A DNA stretch of 64,000 nt from Candidatus Latescibacterota bacterium (GTDB lineage: Bacteria > Latescibacterota > UBA2968 > GCA-2709665): assembly GCA_965205485.1 (NCBI GenBank), contig OZ242180.1, positions 352,001 through 416,000 on the forward strand, given 5' to 3'. Positions 11,241-21,033 of the stretch are shown one piece after another. The notes beneath the pieces were generated by a model. It did not search any database, had not been told where the DNA came from, and was given only the letters and a program-made list of their open reading frames with translations. The position numbers and the translations under genes are program-made. Positions within the stretch are counted from its first letter, which is position 1. Each line of letters begins with the position of its first letter.

Positions 11241-12077
11241 TCAATTCCCGTCCAATCCTAACACGCGCACCGCATTGCGATGCAGGATGTCCTCCAACGC
11301 CTCGGGATCGTCCACCATCCGTTTCAGGAAAGGCAGACTCTTCGCCGCAAAACATCCCGGGGGATAGTCGGTTCCCCGTCCATCCACACAAGGGCAATCC
11401 GTGGCGAACAGCAGCTTCCTCCGGTGGCGCGTCAGAAAGTCCCTTCCGAATGCCTCGTCCCGCGTAATGGCCCCCAGTCCCGACCCGGCGGACAGGTCCG
11501 CATACACGTTCTCGTAGTCGCACAGCAGCCGGTCCGCCAGTCCGCCCGGAACCACTGGACCCGTAGGGTATAGCGTCTCCTCCGGCGGAGGCACTTCAGC
11601 GCTGATATTGGCCCACCATGACTGCGCGTGTCCGATGAACCTGATGTCAGGAAACTTGCGCACGAGCGTCTCCAGATGCACGATTCCCTGGTTGTAACCT
11701 CGTCTCCCCTCCTGGAAATGCCACGTAACGGGCCAGCGCATCTCGTTGCAGAAGGCCAACACGCGCTCCAGACCGGGATGATTCAAAGGCAGGTGCTGTT
11801 TCTGCTCCCCGTATCCTCTGAACACTCCCGTTGCCGCGCGTCGTTCGAGCTCCGCAACCGCGTCGTCCCGCGTCACGTCCACGTGGCAGAAGGGAATGAC
11901 TCTGTCCGGGTACTGCTCATGCGCCTGAGCCACCGTTTCGGTGAGCCACTCGTACTCCCTGTCGGCCGTCTCGATCGGCAGGAATACGGCTTTCTCCGCC
12001 CCGATACCGTCGATATGCCCGATCGTATTCTCGATACTCCTGCCCAGATGTCCGATATGCAGATGGGCATCGATCAT
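11241..12077 (-). CDS. amidohydrolase 2 family protein
   Basis: IDAHLH N-terminus, YADLS, LFATD. Confidence 0.85.
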   Translation of the reverse strand: MIDAHLHIGHLGRSIENTIGHIDGIGAEKAVFLPIETADREYEWLTETVAQAHEQYPDRVIPFCHVDVTRDDAVAELERRAATGVFRGYGEQKQHLPLNHPGLERVLAFCNEMRWPVTWHFQEGRRGYNQGIVHLETLVRKFPDIRFIGHAQSWWANISAEVPPPEETLYPTGPVVPGGLADRLLCDYENVYADLSAGSGLGAITRDEAFGRDFLTRHRRKLLFATDCPCVDGRGTDYPPGCFAAKSLPFLKRMVDDPEALEDILHRNAVRVLGLDGN

Positions 12078-13171
12078 CGGCTAAGCTCCTCCTTCAATCG
12101 ACGGCCGACGATCTCCTCATCGCCGGGCGTCAGCGTCATCGGATCCACCACGATTCCACTCCCGCTTGAACGGACCACGACCGGCGGCTCCCCTTCCCGC
12201 ATAGCCCGTATCACCCGGAGGGTTTCACTTTTATCCAGATCAACGTACGCCCTGGGTGCGAAATCGGGAGAAGCCTGCTGGCCCTCGCCCAATACATACG
12301 TTGTGGCGCCGGGTACCTCCGCCGCGAGTTCAACCACCCGCTTCGCCTGGCGACGCCAGGTTGTCCGGTCCTCCTCGTCGCTCCCGTCCAGAAACAGGTC
12401 CACCGCCGCCAACAGCCCGAGGATTTCTTCCTTGCCCACCTTCATGCCGCGGCCCACGGCGCTGAACGGACTGGCATTCAATCGGACCGCGTCCACGTAA
12501 TCGCTCTTTCCCAGGACCAGACCCGTACACTGGGGGCCCCGAAGACCCTTGCCGCCGCTGAATACAACCAGGCTCGCGCCGACGCCTGCAACCTCCGTGA
12601 GATTTGTCCTGGGCGGAAGCTGCGCCGCGGCGTCTACCACCACCGGGACTCCTATCCGGCCGGCCCCGGCAACCACCTCTTCGAGCTGCGCCTTACTCTG
12701 CGTACCCAGGAAGTGGACCACGGCCGCCGTCCGCTCCGTGATCCCGCCCAGAATGTCCCCGGCCGTCACTTCCGTCGTGCTGCCCACCCGCACCAGTCTG
12801 CCGCCGCAGACCTCGATCCCCTGATGAATATAGGTATGGGAGTCCACGAGACTGACCACGAACTCATTCCGCCAGCCTTCGGTATGCGGCAATGCCCGGG
12901 CCCTCTTCTCGTCCGTACCCGTCAGGCAGGCTGCCGCGCTCAGCTGCATGCCGCTTGCCGCGCCGCACGACACGAACGCCGCCTCGACGCCGATCTTTTC
13001 CGCCAGGTAAAGGCCCGCCCGTTCGTTCAGTTCAGGAAGATCGACGAACGCTCCCGCCGCCGCCTGCATGGCATCCAGCACTTCGGCCGGCATCAGACTT
13101 CCGCCGAGGGTCGTAATCGTCCCACTTGCGTTGATGAACGGTCTTACCCCCAGGTCCTTGTAGTTTACCAT
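12074..13171 (-). CDS. SelA-like PLP-dependent enzyme (DgaE / D-glucosaminate-6-P ammonia-lyase-like)
   Basis: INASGTITTLGGS, VDAAAQ, FSGGKGLRGPQ (PLP lysine), GRGMKVGKEE. Confidence 0.8.
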   Translation of the reverse strand: MVNYKDLGVRPFINASGTITTLGGSLMPAEVLDAMQAAAGAFVDLPELNERAGLYLAEKIGVEAAFVSCGAASGMQLSAAACLTGTDEKRARALPHTEGWRNEFVVSLVDSHTYIHQGIEVCGGRLVRVGSTTEVTAGDILGGITERTAAVVHFLGTQSKAQLEEVVAGAGRIGVPVVVDAAAQLPPRTNLTEVAGVGASLVVFSGGKGLRGPQCTGLVLGKSDYVDAVRLNASPFSAVGRGMKVGKEEILGLLAAVDLFLDGSDEEDRTTWRRQAKRVVELAAEVPGATTYVLGEGQQASPDFAPRAYVDLDKSETLRVIRAMREGEPPVVVRSSGSGIVVDPMTLTPGDEEIVGRRLKEELSR

Positions 13172-13436
13172 GATATCCTCTGGTGTTGACGTTGCGAAAA
13201 GCCGTGTCTTTTAATCTTGATTCGAAATTATCCTGGGACCTGAATGTCGAAAATCCACAGAAGAACAAGGGCGAATTGAAGTCAAAGTTCCCGGATACTT
13301 GGGGTCACTGGACGTGAGCGGTAGATCATCCATTTGTACGACCTTGATGCCCCGCTTTTGCGCTGTTACCTTTTGTGCTTTTTGTGGTAGATTTCGCCTA
13401 TGCCGATTTCGCCTATGCCTTTCTTTGGGATTGAGG

Positions 13437-14219
13437 TTACGCATAGGGGAAATTCCGATTCCTGTCGGCCCTGGACAGTTCGACCAGAAACCTGCCAGTG
13501 CCTTCGATGCTCGAATCGATGACGATCCTGCCCTTTTCCCGGGATGCACGGGTTGCGTCCCCGCCGGCGGACGCCGGCATGTAAAGGTGCCAGGGCCTGA
13601 CGAAATCCACCTGGAACTCCGTCAGCACCTCCAGCGCCGGCTGCATCCGCGGATTATCGCCGATCTTCGCCTCATGGACGAGGTCGGGCCGCAGATAGAG
13701 CATCTGAGAGGTCTCCTCCTCGCCCGCGTGGTCGCTCGGCTTTTCGCAGGCCTGCCGCGCCTCCCGTGACGCGCAGGAAGACGCCTGTATCATGCAGACG
13801 AATGCGCCGTCTTCGGCGGCCAGGTCGCGCATTGCCGCCCGGATCACGTCCGGATTGCCTCCATGGGCGTTGACGAATACGACCTTGTCGATACCATCCG
13901 CCTCACACATTTTTACGAGGTCCTTCAGCAGGGCCATGAACGTGGACACACGCATGCGACAGGCGAAAGGAAAGGCGCGAAAGTTGTTGTTCAGGCTGAT
14001 ACGGACGGTGGGCAGGCAAACCACACTCCCGCCCTGTCTGTTCGCCGCCCGGGTGGCGCCGTAGGCGATTGCCTCGGCGCGATAACTGTCCGTACCGTAT
14101 GGCAGCGCGGGCCCGTGCGGTTCCGTCGACCCAACCGGTATTACGGCAACGATCGGCTTCAGCCTCCTGACCTGGTCGATCGTCATTTCTTCCAGAATTC
14201 CGGAAAAACTCTCGGCCAT
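13437..14219 (-). CDS. creatininase family amidohydrolase
   Basis: PVGSTEPHGPALPYGTD, NAHGGN, DHAGEEETS; start ATG 14219 after GGGGAGG. Confidence 0.9.
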   Translation of the reverse strand: MAESFSGILEEMTIDQVRRLKPIVAVIPVGSTEPHGPALPYGTDSYRAEAIAYGATRAANRQGGSVVCLPTVRISLNNNFRAFPFACRMRVSTFMALLKDLVKMCEADGIDKVVFVNAHGGNPDVIRAAMRDLAAEDGAFVCMIQASSCASREARQACEKPSDHAGEEETSQMLYLRPDLVHEAKIGDNPRMQPALEVLTEFQVDFVRPWHLYMPASAGGDATRASREKGRIVIDSSIEGTGRFLVELSRADRNRNFPYA

Positions 14220-14249
14220 AACCTCCCCCTGACTGGAATTGGCGAGCAC

Positions 14250-14378
14250 AAGATAGGCCCGCGCCCCGACCCTGTCAAGGTGTCGCGGATCAGGGCTTGC
14301 GCCGCGTCTGTCCGTGCGCCAAAAAGCGCTCTCACACACAGACTTTTGCTTGACCCCGATTTGCGGATTCGGTAAATT
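14250..14378. promoter_or_regulatory. divergent sigma70-type promoters (creatininase / aroC)
   Basis: minus strand TTGACA(14278-14273)-17-TATCTT; plus strand TTGACC(14350)-17-TAAATT. Confidence 0.55.
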
Positions 14379-14456
14379 GAGGCCGTTTCCGGCGGGGCGG
14401 GACAACGGCTTCGCGAGCCGGAAATCCAGGGAAATTCAGGCAGGAGCGAACGTCGC

Positions 14457-15548
14457 ATGGGCAACACATTCGGCCGCCTCTTCCGCATCACCACGTGGGG
14501 CGAGTCTCACGGCGGCGGAGTGGGCGTTGTAATTGACGGCTGCCCGCCGGATCTCGAAGTAACGTCGTCGGAGATCCAGACCGAACTGGACCGGCGCAGA
14601 CCCGGCCAGAGCAGGATTACCACCCAGCGCAGGGAAGAAGACCGCGTCGAAATCCTTTCCGGTGTCTTCGAAGGCAGGACCCTTGGTACGCCCATCTCGC
14701 TGATTGTCAGGAACAGAGACGCCCGATCCAGAGACTACGAGGAAATGCGGGTCAAGTACCGCCCGTCCCATGCCGACTTCACCTATCAGGCGAAATACGG
14801 AATTCGGGACTGGCAGGGCGGCGGGCGGGCCAGCGCGAGGGAGACCATAGGTCGCGTGGCAGCCGGCGCGATCGCGCGTAAAATCCTGCATCAGGCGCTG
14901 GGGGTCGAGATCGTGGCCTTTGTCAGACGAGTGCGCAACCTGACGGCCGAGGTCGACCCCGATGTGGTTACGCGGGACCGGATCGAATCCAACATCGTTC
15001 GCTGCCCCGATTCCGACATCGCCGGTCAGATGATCGAACAGATCGAGCAGGCCCGCAAGGACGGCGACTCCCTCGGCGGCGTCGTGGAGGCCGTGGCCCG
15101 GAACGTGCCGCCCGGTCTGGGTGAACCCGTATTCGACAAACTGGAAGCCGACCTGGGCAAAGCCATCCTCTCTCTGCCGGCATGCAAGGGATTCGAAGTC
15201 GGATCCGGTTTTGCAGGCACGAAACTCACCGGTTCCAGCCACAACGATCCGTTCTACAACGACGGAGAGAGGATACGCACGCGCACCAACCGTTCCGGTG
15301 GTATTCAGGGCGGCATCTCCAACGGCGAGAACATCGTGGTCCGCGCCGCATTCAAACCGACCGCAACCATCCTCAAGACTCAGGAAACCGTGGATATTCA
15401 CGGCAACCCCGCCACGTTATCGGGCCGGGGCCGCCACGATCCCTGCGTCCTGCCTCGCGCGGTGCCGATGGTCGAATCCATGATCGCGCTCGTCCTGGCC
15501 GACCACTATCTTCTCCACAGGGGGCGATGCGGAACCGGAGGGACCTGA
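14457..15548 (+). CDS. aroC: chorismate synthase
   Basis: [41 protein letters not shown]. Confidence 0.97.
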   Translation: MGNTFGRLFRITTWGESHGGGVGVVIDGCPPDLEVTSSEIQTELDRRRPGQSRITTQRREEDRVEILSGVFEGRTLGTPISLIVRNRDARSRDYEEMRVKYRPSHADFTYQAKYGIRDWQGGGRASARETIGRVAAGAIARKILHQALGVEIVAFVRRVRNLTAEVDPDVVTRDRIESNIVRCPDSDIAGQMIEQIEQARKDGDSLGGVVEAVARNVPPGLGEPVFDKLEADLGKAILSLPACKGFEVGSGFAGTKLTGSSHNDPFYNDGERIRTRTNRSGGIQGGISNGENIVVRAAFKPTATILKTQETVDIHGNPATLSGRGRHDPCVLPRAVPMVESMIALVLADHYLLHRGRCGTGGT

Positions 15549-15578
15549 TCAGGCTTACCGGCGCCTCATCCGGTTCCG

Positions 15579-17258
15579 ATGGCTGACGGTTCAATCAGCA
15601 TGGATTCCCGGATCTTCACATGCATCAAGAACGGCCGCCCTCACGTCTATCGCTTTCCGTGGAAGAACTTCACGCACCTTCTTCGGCACAGGGCATCGCA
15701 CGGCAAGGATCACGCGGCAATCGTCTTCCGCGACCTGGACCGGGAAGAACGGTCGATTGTCACGTACGGAGATCTCAACCGGCGGACGTCCGCGCTGGCA
15801 TGCCGGCTTCACGATGACTATGGCATCGGCCCCGGCGACCGTGTATCCCTGGCCATGCCCAATTGTCCCCAGCTACTTTTGATCACCCAGGCCCTCTTCC
15901 GTCTTGGCGCGACCGCCGTCCCGCTGGATCTCAGGCGCGACGCGCCGGAACGGAAACGATACAAGCTCGAGGACTCCCGAGTCAAATTGCTGTGCGTCCT
16001 TCCTGACCACCTGGACTCCGAACGGAAAGTCGCGCCGGAAGTCCCGATCGCGGCCACGGACAGCCTTTTACGTGGCGACAACGATCGGCACGCCGACCTC
16101 GAACCGGAGTGGAGCGGCGACCCCCTTGAAGAACAGGCGACGGGGATCATCCTCTATACGTCCGGAACAACCGGCAAGCCCAAGGGCGTCCTGCTCACGC
16201 GGCAGAGCATCGTGAGTAATGCGGACGGCATCGGCCGGTGGCTGCATTTCGACGAAAACGAACGTCTGAGCCTGGTTCTGCCGCTGCATCACGTAAATTC
16301 CACCGTGTTTTCGATCGCGCTGTTCATGGCAGGTGGAACGCTCATTCTCAACTCCCGCTACAGCGCCTCGAAGTTCTGGCCTGTGATCGCAGACGAGAGA
16401 GCCACTTCCTGCAGCATTGTTCCAACGATCATGCGGGACCTTCTTGCCAACGCCGGTACGTTCGAAGCGGCCGGACACGACATTTCCGCCCTGAAGAAGA
16501 TCATGATCGGCAGCGCGCCCGTTCCCGCTGGCCCCGCGGTCCGGTTCCACGATCGTTTCGGAGTACGCCTGATCCAGGGCTACGGCACCACCGAAGTCAG
16601 CCTTCGGGTGACCGGCGTTCCGCCCAGCCTGCCCGATGACGAATACAGGGAGGCACTGGAACAGAACGCCGCCGGGGTGGAACTGGAAAACAACAATATC
16701 TGCCTCGAGGGCGATCCGCCGCCTGGCGAACCCGGTGAGATTCTGGTTCGCGGACCCGTCGTATCCGGAGGGTACCTCAACCGGCCCGCGGCAACGGAGG
16801 AGGTCTTTCAGAACGGCTGGTTTCACACCGGCGACATCGGCTACCGGCGCACGATCGGCGGGCGGGACTACTACGTTGTCCACAGCCGAAAAAAGGAAAT
16901 CGTTATCAAGGGCGGCGTAAACATCTCGCCGATAGCCGTCGAAAACGCCCTTGTGGAAGCCTTTCCCGATCTCGCCGCGGTCTACGTTACCGGCCTCGAG
17001 GACGAACGGTGGGGACAGGACGTGTGTGCCGCGCTCGTCTTCCGCAATGGCATGGCTCCCGAAATGCAGGAGGAAGCAGCCAGGCGTATACTCGACGCGG
17101 GACGAGCAGGAACCGTTGCTAACCTCAATCCCTTCGAAGCACCCTTCAAGACCATACCGTTCGACCCGGACCGCCTGCCGATGACTTCCACGGGAAAGGT
17201 CCAGCGCAGCGTCCTGCGTGAAATCTTACAGGATATGGTTGACAGAGACGAAGCATAA
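15579..17258 (+). CDS. class I adenylate-forming enzyme (acyl-CoA ligase)
   Basis: YTSGTTGKPKG, QGYGTTE, WFHTGDIG, TSTGKVQR; start may be 15600. Confidence 0.9.
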   Translation: MADGSISMDSRIFTCIKNGRPHVYRFPWKNFTHLLRHRASHGKDHAAIVFRDLDREERSIVTYGDLNRRTSALACRLHDDYGIGPGDRVSLAMPNCPQLLLITQALFRLGATAVPLDLRRDAPERKRYKLEDSRVKLLCVLPDHLDSERKVAPEVPIAATDSLLRGDNDRHADLEPEWSGDPLEEQATGIILYTSGTTGKPKGVLLTRQSIVSNADGIGRWLHFDENERLSLVLPLHHVNSTVFSIALFMAGGTLILNSRYSASKFWPVIADERATSCSIVPTIMRDLLANAGTFEAAGHDISALKKIMIGSAPVPAGPAVRFHDRFGVRLIQGYGTTEVSLRVTGVPPSLPDDEYREALEQNAAGVELENNNICLEGDPPPGEPGEILVRGPVVSGGYLNRPAATEEVFQNGWFHTGDIGYRRTIGGRDYYVVHSRKKEIVIKGGVNISPIAVENALVEAFPDLAAVYVTGLEDERWGQDVCAALVFRNGMAPEMQEEAARRILDAGRAGTVANLNPFEAPFKTIPFDPDRLPMTSTGKVQRSVLREILQDMVDRDEA

Positions 17259-17260
17259 TC

Positions 17261-17333
17261 GGGCGGGTTTGACCAACGCCGACCGGCGCTATTGCAGCCG
17301 TGCGAAGACCGCTTGGAATTTTAAGGCAGCTTC
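17261..17333. mobile_element. MITE-like family A, truncated right end
   Basis: Near-identical to the right end of copy 1 (137-209), including the right TIR; left half absent. Confidence 0.7.
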
Positions 17334-17353
17334 TTAATTAACAGAGGAATCGC

Positions 17354-18346
17354 ATGTCACGAAGAATCCTGTTGTCCGCCAATATGCGGAATCCCGAATT
17401 CGACTCGGACAGCCGCCGTAAAGGGATGGAGAAACTGCGTGAGTTTGCCAGTGTGGACTACTATACAGGCGAGCTGACGGAAGACGAAGGAACTGGAGTG
17501 GTTGGGGTAATTGCGAGCTCATCGCATATACACGATGGCTTCTACGAAGCCGCGACGGACCTGCGAATCATCTCAAGATGGGGCGTCGGCTACGAGAAAG
17601 TCAACCTGGAGGCGGCCGCGCGGCACGGTGTGATCGTCACCATTGCCCCGGAACACATGGTCACGGTGGCCGAATACACCATTGCCCAGTGGATGGCGAC
17701 GTTGAAGAGGCTTTACACCCTCAACCGTCTCTCTCACGGCGGCGACTTCTCTCTCATCAGAACCTACGAAGCCGCGGAAACCACGCTTGGCCTTTACGGA
17801 TTCGGCCGGATCGGCCAGGCCGTCGCCGAACGCGCCAGGCCTCTCCTGGGCGAAAGGGGGCGCCTGCTCGTCTACGACGTCCGCCCGGACATCGCCGAAC
17901 TCGCGGCACGATTCGGGGCGGAAACAGTCGGGGATCCGATCGACCTGTTCAGGGAGTGCGACACCGTCTCCCTGCATGTATCCGGAGCCGACACCCTCGT
18001 CACATACGATCTCCTTTGCGCCATGCAGCCCCATGCCACCCTCATCAACCCCTCGAGGGGCACTCTGGTGGATGACGTCGCCGTCAACCGCGCCATTGTC
18101 GAAGAGCGACTCTGGTACTACGTGGTAGACGACCCGGTGGACGGCCCGCGCGCTATCCACAAGGGGCATCCACGGATCATTTGTACCAACCACAACGCCG
18201 GAATGACCGACGCTTCGGCGGTACGCCTGGACCACAGGACCTTCGGCCAGGTCGCCGACGCCCTGGAGGGCCGGGAACCCGCGCACATCATCAATCCGGA
18301 CGTGCTGGACCACCCCAGGGTCAGGTCCTTCCTGGGCAGGAGTTAG
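17354..18346 (+). CDS. D-2-hydroxyacid dehydrogenase family protein
   Basis: RWGVGYEKV, GLYGFGRIG, INPSRG. Confidence 0.85.
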   Translation: MSRRILLSANMRNPEFDSDSRRKGMEKLREFASVDYYTGELTEDEGTGVVGVIASSSHIHDGFYEAATDLRIISRWGVGYEKVNLEAAARHGVIVTIAPEHMVTVAEYTIAQWMATLKRLYTLNRLSHGGDFSLIRTYEAAETTLGLYGFGRIGQAVAERARPLLGERGRLLVYDVRPDIAELAARFGAETVGDPIDLFRECDTVSLHVSGADTLVTYDLLCAMQPHATLINPSRGTLVDDVAVNRAIVEERLWYYVVDDPVDGPRAIHKGHPRIICTNHNAGMTDASAVRLDHRTFGQVADALEGREPAHIINPDVLDHPRVRSFLGRS

Positions 18347-18398
18347 CAACCCGAACGACGACGGGTTCGCGTCCATCTGACCCCGACCGCTACTGCCA

Positions 18399-18725
18399 TG
18401 CGCGCTACTGCGCGGCCTCATCTCCATTCTCTTTCGCCTGCCCCAATACATCAGACTCTCCTGGCGTCTGATGAAAGATCCGCGCGTGCCATGGTACAGC
18501 AAGCTTCTTGTCTACGTCATCATTCTCTACGGGATTTCTCCCGTGGACCTGCTGCCGGAAGCATTGTTCCCCCACCTGGGCTATGGAGAAGATATCCTGT
18601 TGTTCCTGCTGGCGCTGCAGCAGCTGATCAGAAGCAGCCCGACGGACGTCGTCACCGGGCACGCCAGTGATATTGCCGAAGAGAAACGTCGCCGGAAAGA
18701 AGACCGTCCCGGCGCGGCGACGTGA
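18399..18725 (+). CDS. YkvA/DUF1232 family membrane protein (start uncertain)
   Basis: RLPQYIRLSWRLMKDPRVPWYSK..YGISPVDLLPE...LGYGED; homologous-looking reading frame extends upstream of ATG 18471. Confidence 0.75.
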   Translation, partial: CALLRGLISILFRLPQYIRLSWRLMKDPRVPWYSKLLVYVIILYGISPVDLLPEALFPHLGYGEDILLFLLALQQLIRSSPTDVVTGHASDIAEEKRRRKEDRPGAAT

Positions 18726-18743
18726 GGTTCACGACCCGAAGAC

Positions 18744-19817
18744 ATGGCGATCAAACCATCCAAACGCGCGGCGATTAAACGTGGCCTGCTCGCCTGGTAT
18801 CGACGGGAAAAGCGGGATCTTCCGTGGCGCGGTACGACCGATCCATACCACGTCCTGCTCTCCGAGTTCATGCTCCAGCAGACGCAGGTCGAGACCGTAA
18901 TTCCTTACTACCGGCGTTTCCTGAGGGAGTTTCCTACCGTGCAGGATCTCGCCGGTACGCCGCGCGACCGTGTTCTCAAGGCCTGGGAGGGCCTCGGGTA
19001 CTACACCCGCGCACGAAATCTGCACCGGACGGCCCGTTACATCGTTGACAGATTCGACGGCGCCGTGCCCGATGTCTACGACGAACTCGCCTCTCTGCCC
19101 GGTTTCGGACCGTATACCACGGCCGCGGTCCTGAGCATTGCCTATGACCGCGACTACGCCGTACTCGACGGCAACGTGATCCGGGTGCTGTGCCGCCTCT
19201 TCGGTATTCAGGACGACGTGGGGCAAACCCGCACCAGAGCGATTCTTCAGAAACTGGCGGACAACCTGCTGCACCGCGGCGACGCCGGCGAACACAACCA
19301 GGCGATGATGGAACTTGGCGCAACCGTCTGCCGTCCTCGCGCGCCGCGTTGCGGTTCGTGCCCCGTAAACAGACACTGTGCCGCGTTTCACGCCGGCATC
19401 GTGGATTCGCTCCCGGTCAAAGCACGAAAGAAACCGCGTCCTCATTACATCCTGGGCGTTGGAATCGTATCCCGGAAAGACTGCGTCCTGATCGCCCGGC
19501 GGCCGGAAAACGGACTTCTCGGCGGGCTCTGGGAATTCCCCTCGGCCCGTCAGGCGAACGAAGAGTCGTTGAGTGACACCTGTATTCGCGCCGTACGCGA
19601 GGCAGCCGGCGTCGACGCGGCCGTACGAAACCGGTTCAGAACCGTCAAACACGCATTTACCCATTTCAGCGTGACCATGCACGCCTTTCAATGCGACTAT
19701 ACGGGCGGAGTGGCGCGCGCGCGCAACGGTTCTGACGTGAGATGGGTCGAGCCCGACAATCTCGGAGATTTTGCTTTCTCCAGGGCGAACCGGAAACTCA
19801 TCGAATACCTGGACTGA
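18744..19817 (+). CDS. mutY: A/G-specific adenine glycosylase MutY
   Basis: RDLPWR, SEFMLQQTQV, WEGLGYY, LDGNVIRV, Fe-S CxxxxxxCxxCxxxxxC, NUDIX-like C-terminus. Confidence 0.96.
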   Translation: MAIKPSKRAAIKRGLLAWYRREKRDLPWRGTTDPYHVLLSEFMLQQTQVETVIPYYRRFLREFPTVQDLAGTPRDRVLKAWEGLGYYTRARNLHRTARYIVDRFDGAVPDVYDELASLPGFGPYTTAAVLSIAYDRDYAVLDGNVIRVLCRLFGIQDDVGQTRTRAILQKLADNLLHRGDAGEHNQAMMELGATVCRPRAPRCGSCPVNRHCAAFHAGIVDSLPVKARKKPRPHYILGVGIVSRKDCVLIARRPENGLLGGLWEFPSARQANEESLSDTCIRAVREAAGVDAAVRNRFRTVKHAFTHFSVTMHAFQCDYTGGVARARNGSDVRWVEPDNLGDFAFSRANRKLIEYLD

Positions 19818-19833
19818 ACTGACCCTATGTGGT

Positions 19834-19959
19834 GTGAGAAGGGAGAGGGGAGACGGGAGAGACTTCCTGCCCCTCGTGGTCTCATTTGTTGTCGTTGACA
19901 TAAACGAAGAACCGGTCGGGCAAGGACGCCTTCTCACGGCTCACGGCTCCCGTCTTCCC
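19834..19959. repeat. heptamer-periodic inverted-repeat element 1
   Basis: GTGAGAA GGGAGAG GGGAGAC GGGAGAG ... TTCTCAC GGCTCAC GGCTCCC GTCTTCC. Confidence 0.65.
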
Positions 19960-20028
19960 GATTCAAAGCTCTCCCTCTTCCGGCTCGCCTCTTTACGAAG
20001 TTAGACGTAACCGATTGAGAGAACGACC

Positions 20029-20766
20029 ATGACAAAGTCGTTTATGGACCTCACCGGCCGCGTTGCGCTCGTGACCGGCGCCGCCCGTGGCATCGGATCC
20101 GCGATCGCGGAACGCCTGTCGAGCGCGGGCGCGACCGTCGCCATCGCGGACCTCGACCCGGCGACCGCCCCGTCTTCCACCATCAGCCTGGCCGTGAAGG
20201 CGGATGTATCCTGTAGCGAAGACGTGACCCGGATGGTGAAAACCGTTCTCGACAGCCTGGGCCAGATCGACATCCTGGTCAATAACGCCGGCGTTGTGGG
20301 CCCGGAGGCGCCGGTGCGGGACCTGAGCGAAGCCGACTGGGACCGCGTGATGAACACCAACGTCAAGGGCGTCTTCCTCTGCTCGCGCGCGGTCATCCCA
20401 CACATGGCGGAACGTAAGAAGGGCGCGATCGTATCCATCGCCTCGATCTCGGGTAAGGAGGGAAACGCCAACATGGCGGCCTACTCGGTCTCCAAGGCCG
20501 GTGTCATCTGTTTTACGAAGGCTCTGGCAAGAGAGGTGCTCGACGACAACATACGCGTCAATTGCGTCGCGCCGGCGCTCATCGAAACCGAAATGACCCT
20601 GAGCCTGGATCCGGAACGGGCCGCCGTTCTCACGTCCAAAATACCGATGGGCCGCCTCGGCAAACCCGGCGAGGTCGCCGCATTGGTACACTTTCTGGCC
20701 TCCGACGAAGCCACCTTTACAACGGGTCAGTGCTACGACGTCAGCGGCGGACGCGCCACGTACTGA
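20029..20766 (+). CDS. short-chain dehydrogenase/reductase (FabG-like)
   Basis: TGAARGIG, NNAG, YSVSK, NCVAPA. Confidence 0.93.
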   Translation: MTKSFMDLTGRVALVTGAARGIGSAIAERLSSAGATVAIADLDPATAPSSTISLAVKADVSCSEDVTRMVKTVLDSLGQIDILVNNAGVVGPEAPVRDLSEADWDRVMNTNVKGVFLCSRAVIPHMAERKKGAIVSIASISGKEGNANMAAYSVSKAGVICFTKALAREVLDDNIRVNCVAPALIETEMTLSLDPERAAVLTSKIPMGRLGKPGEVAALVHFLASDEATFTTGQCYDVSGGRATY

Positions 20767-20792
20767 ACGGCGTACCCGCCCTGGAGGAAAGC

Positions 20793-20822
20793 AAAAGGCC
20801 CGGACTGCTGTCCGGGCCTTTT
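20793..20822. terminator. bidirectional intrinsic terminator
   Basis: AAAA-GGCCCGGAC-TGCT-GTCCGGGCC-TTTT between convergent genes. Confidence 0.85.
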
Positions 20823-20846
20823 CGCGTTTGTCTTCAACGAGCCGTA

Positions 20847-21011
20847 CTACCCCAGCGGCTGGGCGGTCCAGACCTCGCGCAGATAGACGATGAGGGCGGC
20901 GAACAGCGTGACCACAATCGCAACGGCAACGGCCAGCAGCACCAGGAACACCCTCGAAGGAGGACGCCTGGGGTCGCCCGGCGGATACGATTTGAAAGGA
21001 TCGGGGTCCAT
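20847..21011 (-). CDS. small single-pass membrane protein
   Basis: 54 aa with a long hydrophobic stretch, directly downstream of the lolC/E-like genes. Confidence 0.55.
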   Translation of the reverse strand: MDPDPFKSYPPGDPRRPPSRVFLVLLAVAVAIVVTLFAALIVYLREVWTAQPLG

Positions 21012-21033
21012 TTTGGCTTTCCGGGACAGGAAA

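Noticed and set aside
12074..13171. True selenocysteine synthase SelA serving the selenoprotein
   Set aside because: Short (365 aa), motifs and catabolic context fit the DgaE-like SelA homologs; no selB/selC/selD nearby
15579..17258. menE (with 61011-62120 as menC) forming a menaquinone pathway
   Set aside because: No other men genes nearby, the two are ~44 kb apart, and both families are functionally promiscuous; no gene symbols assigned
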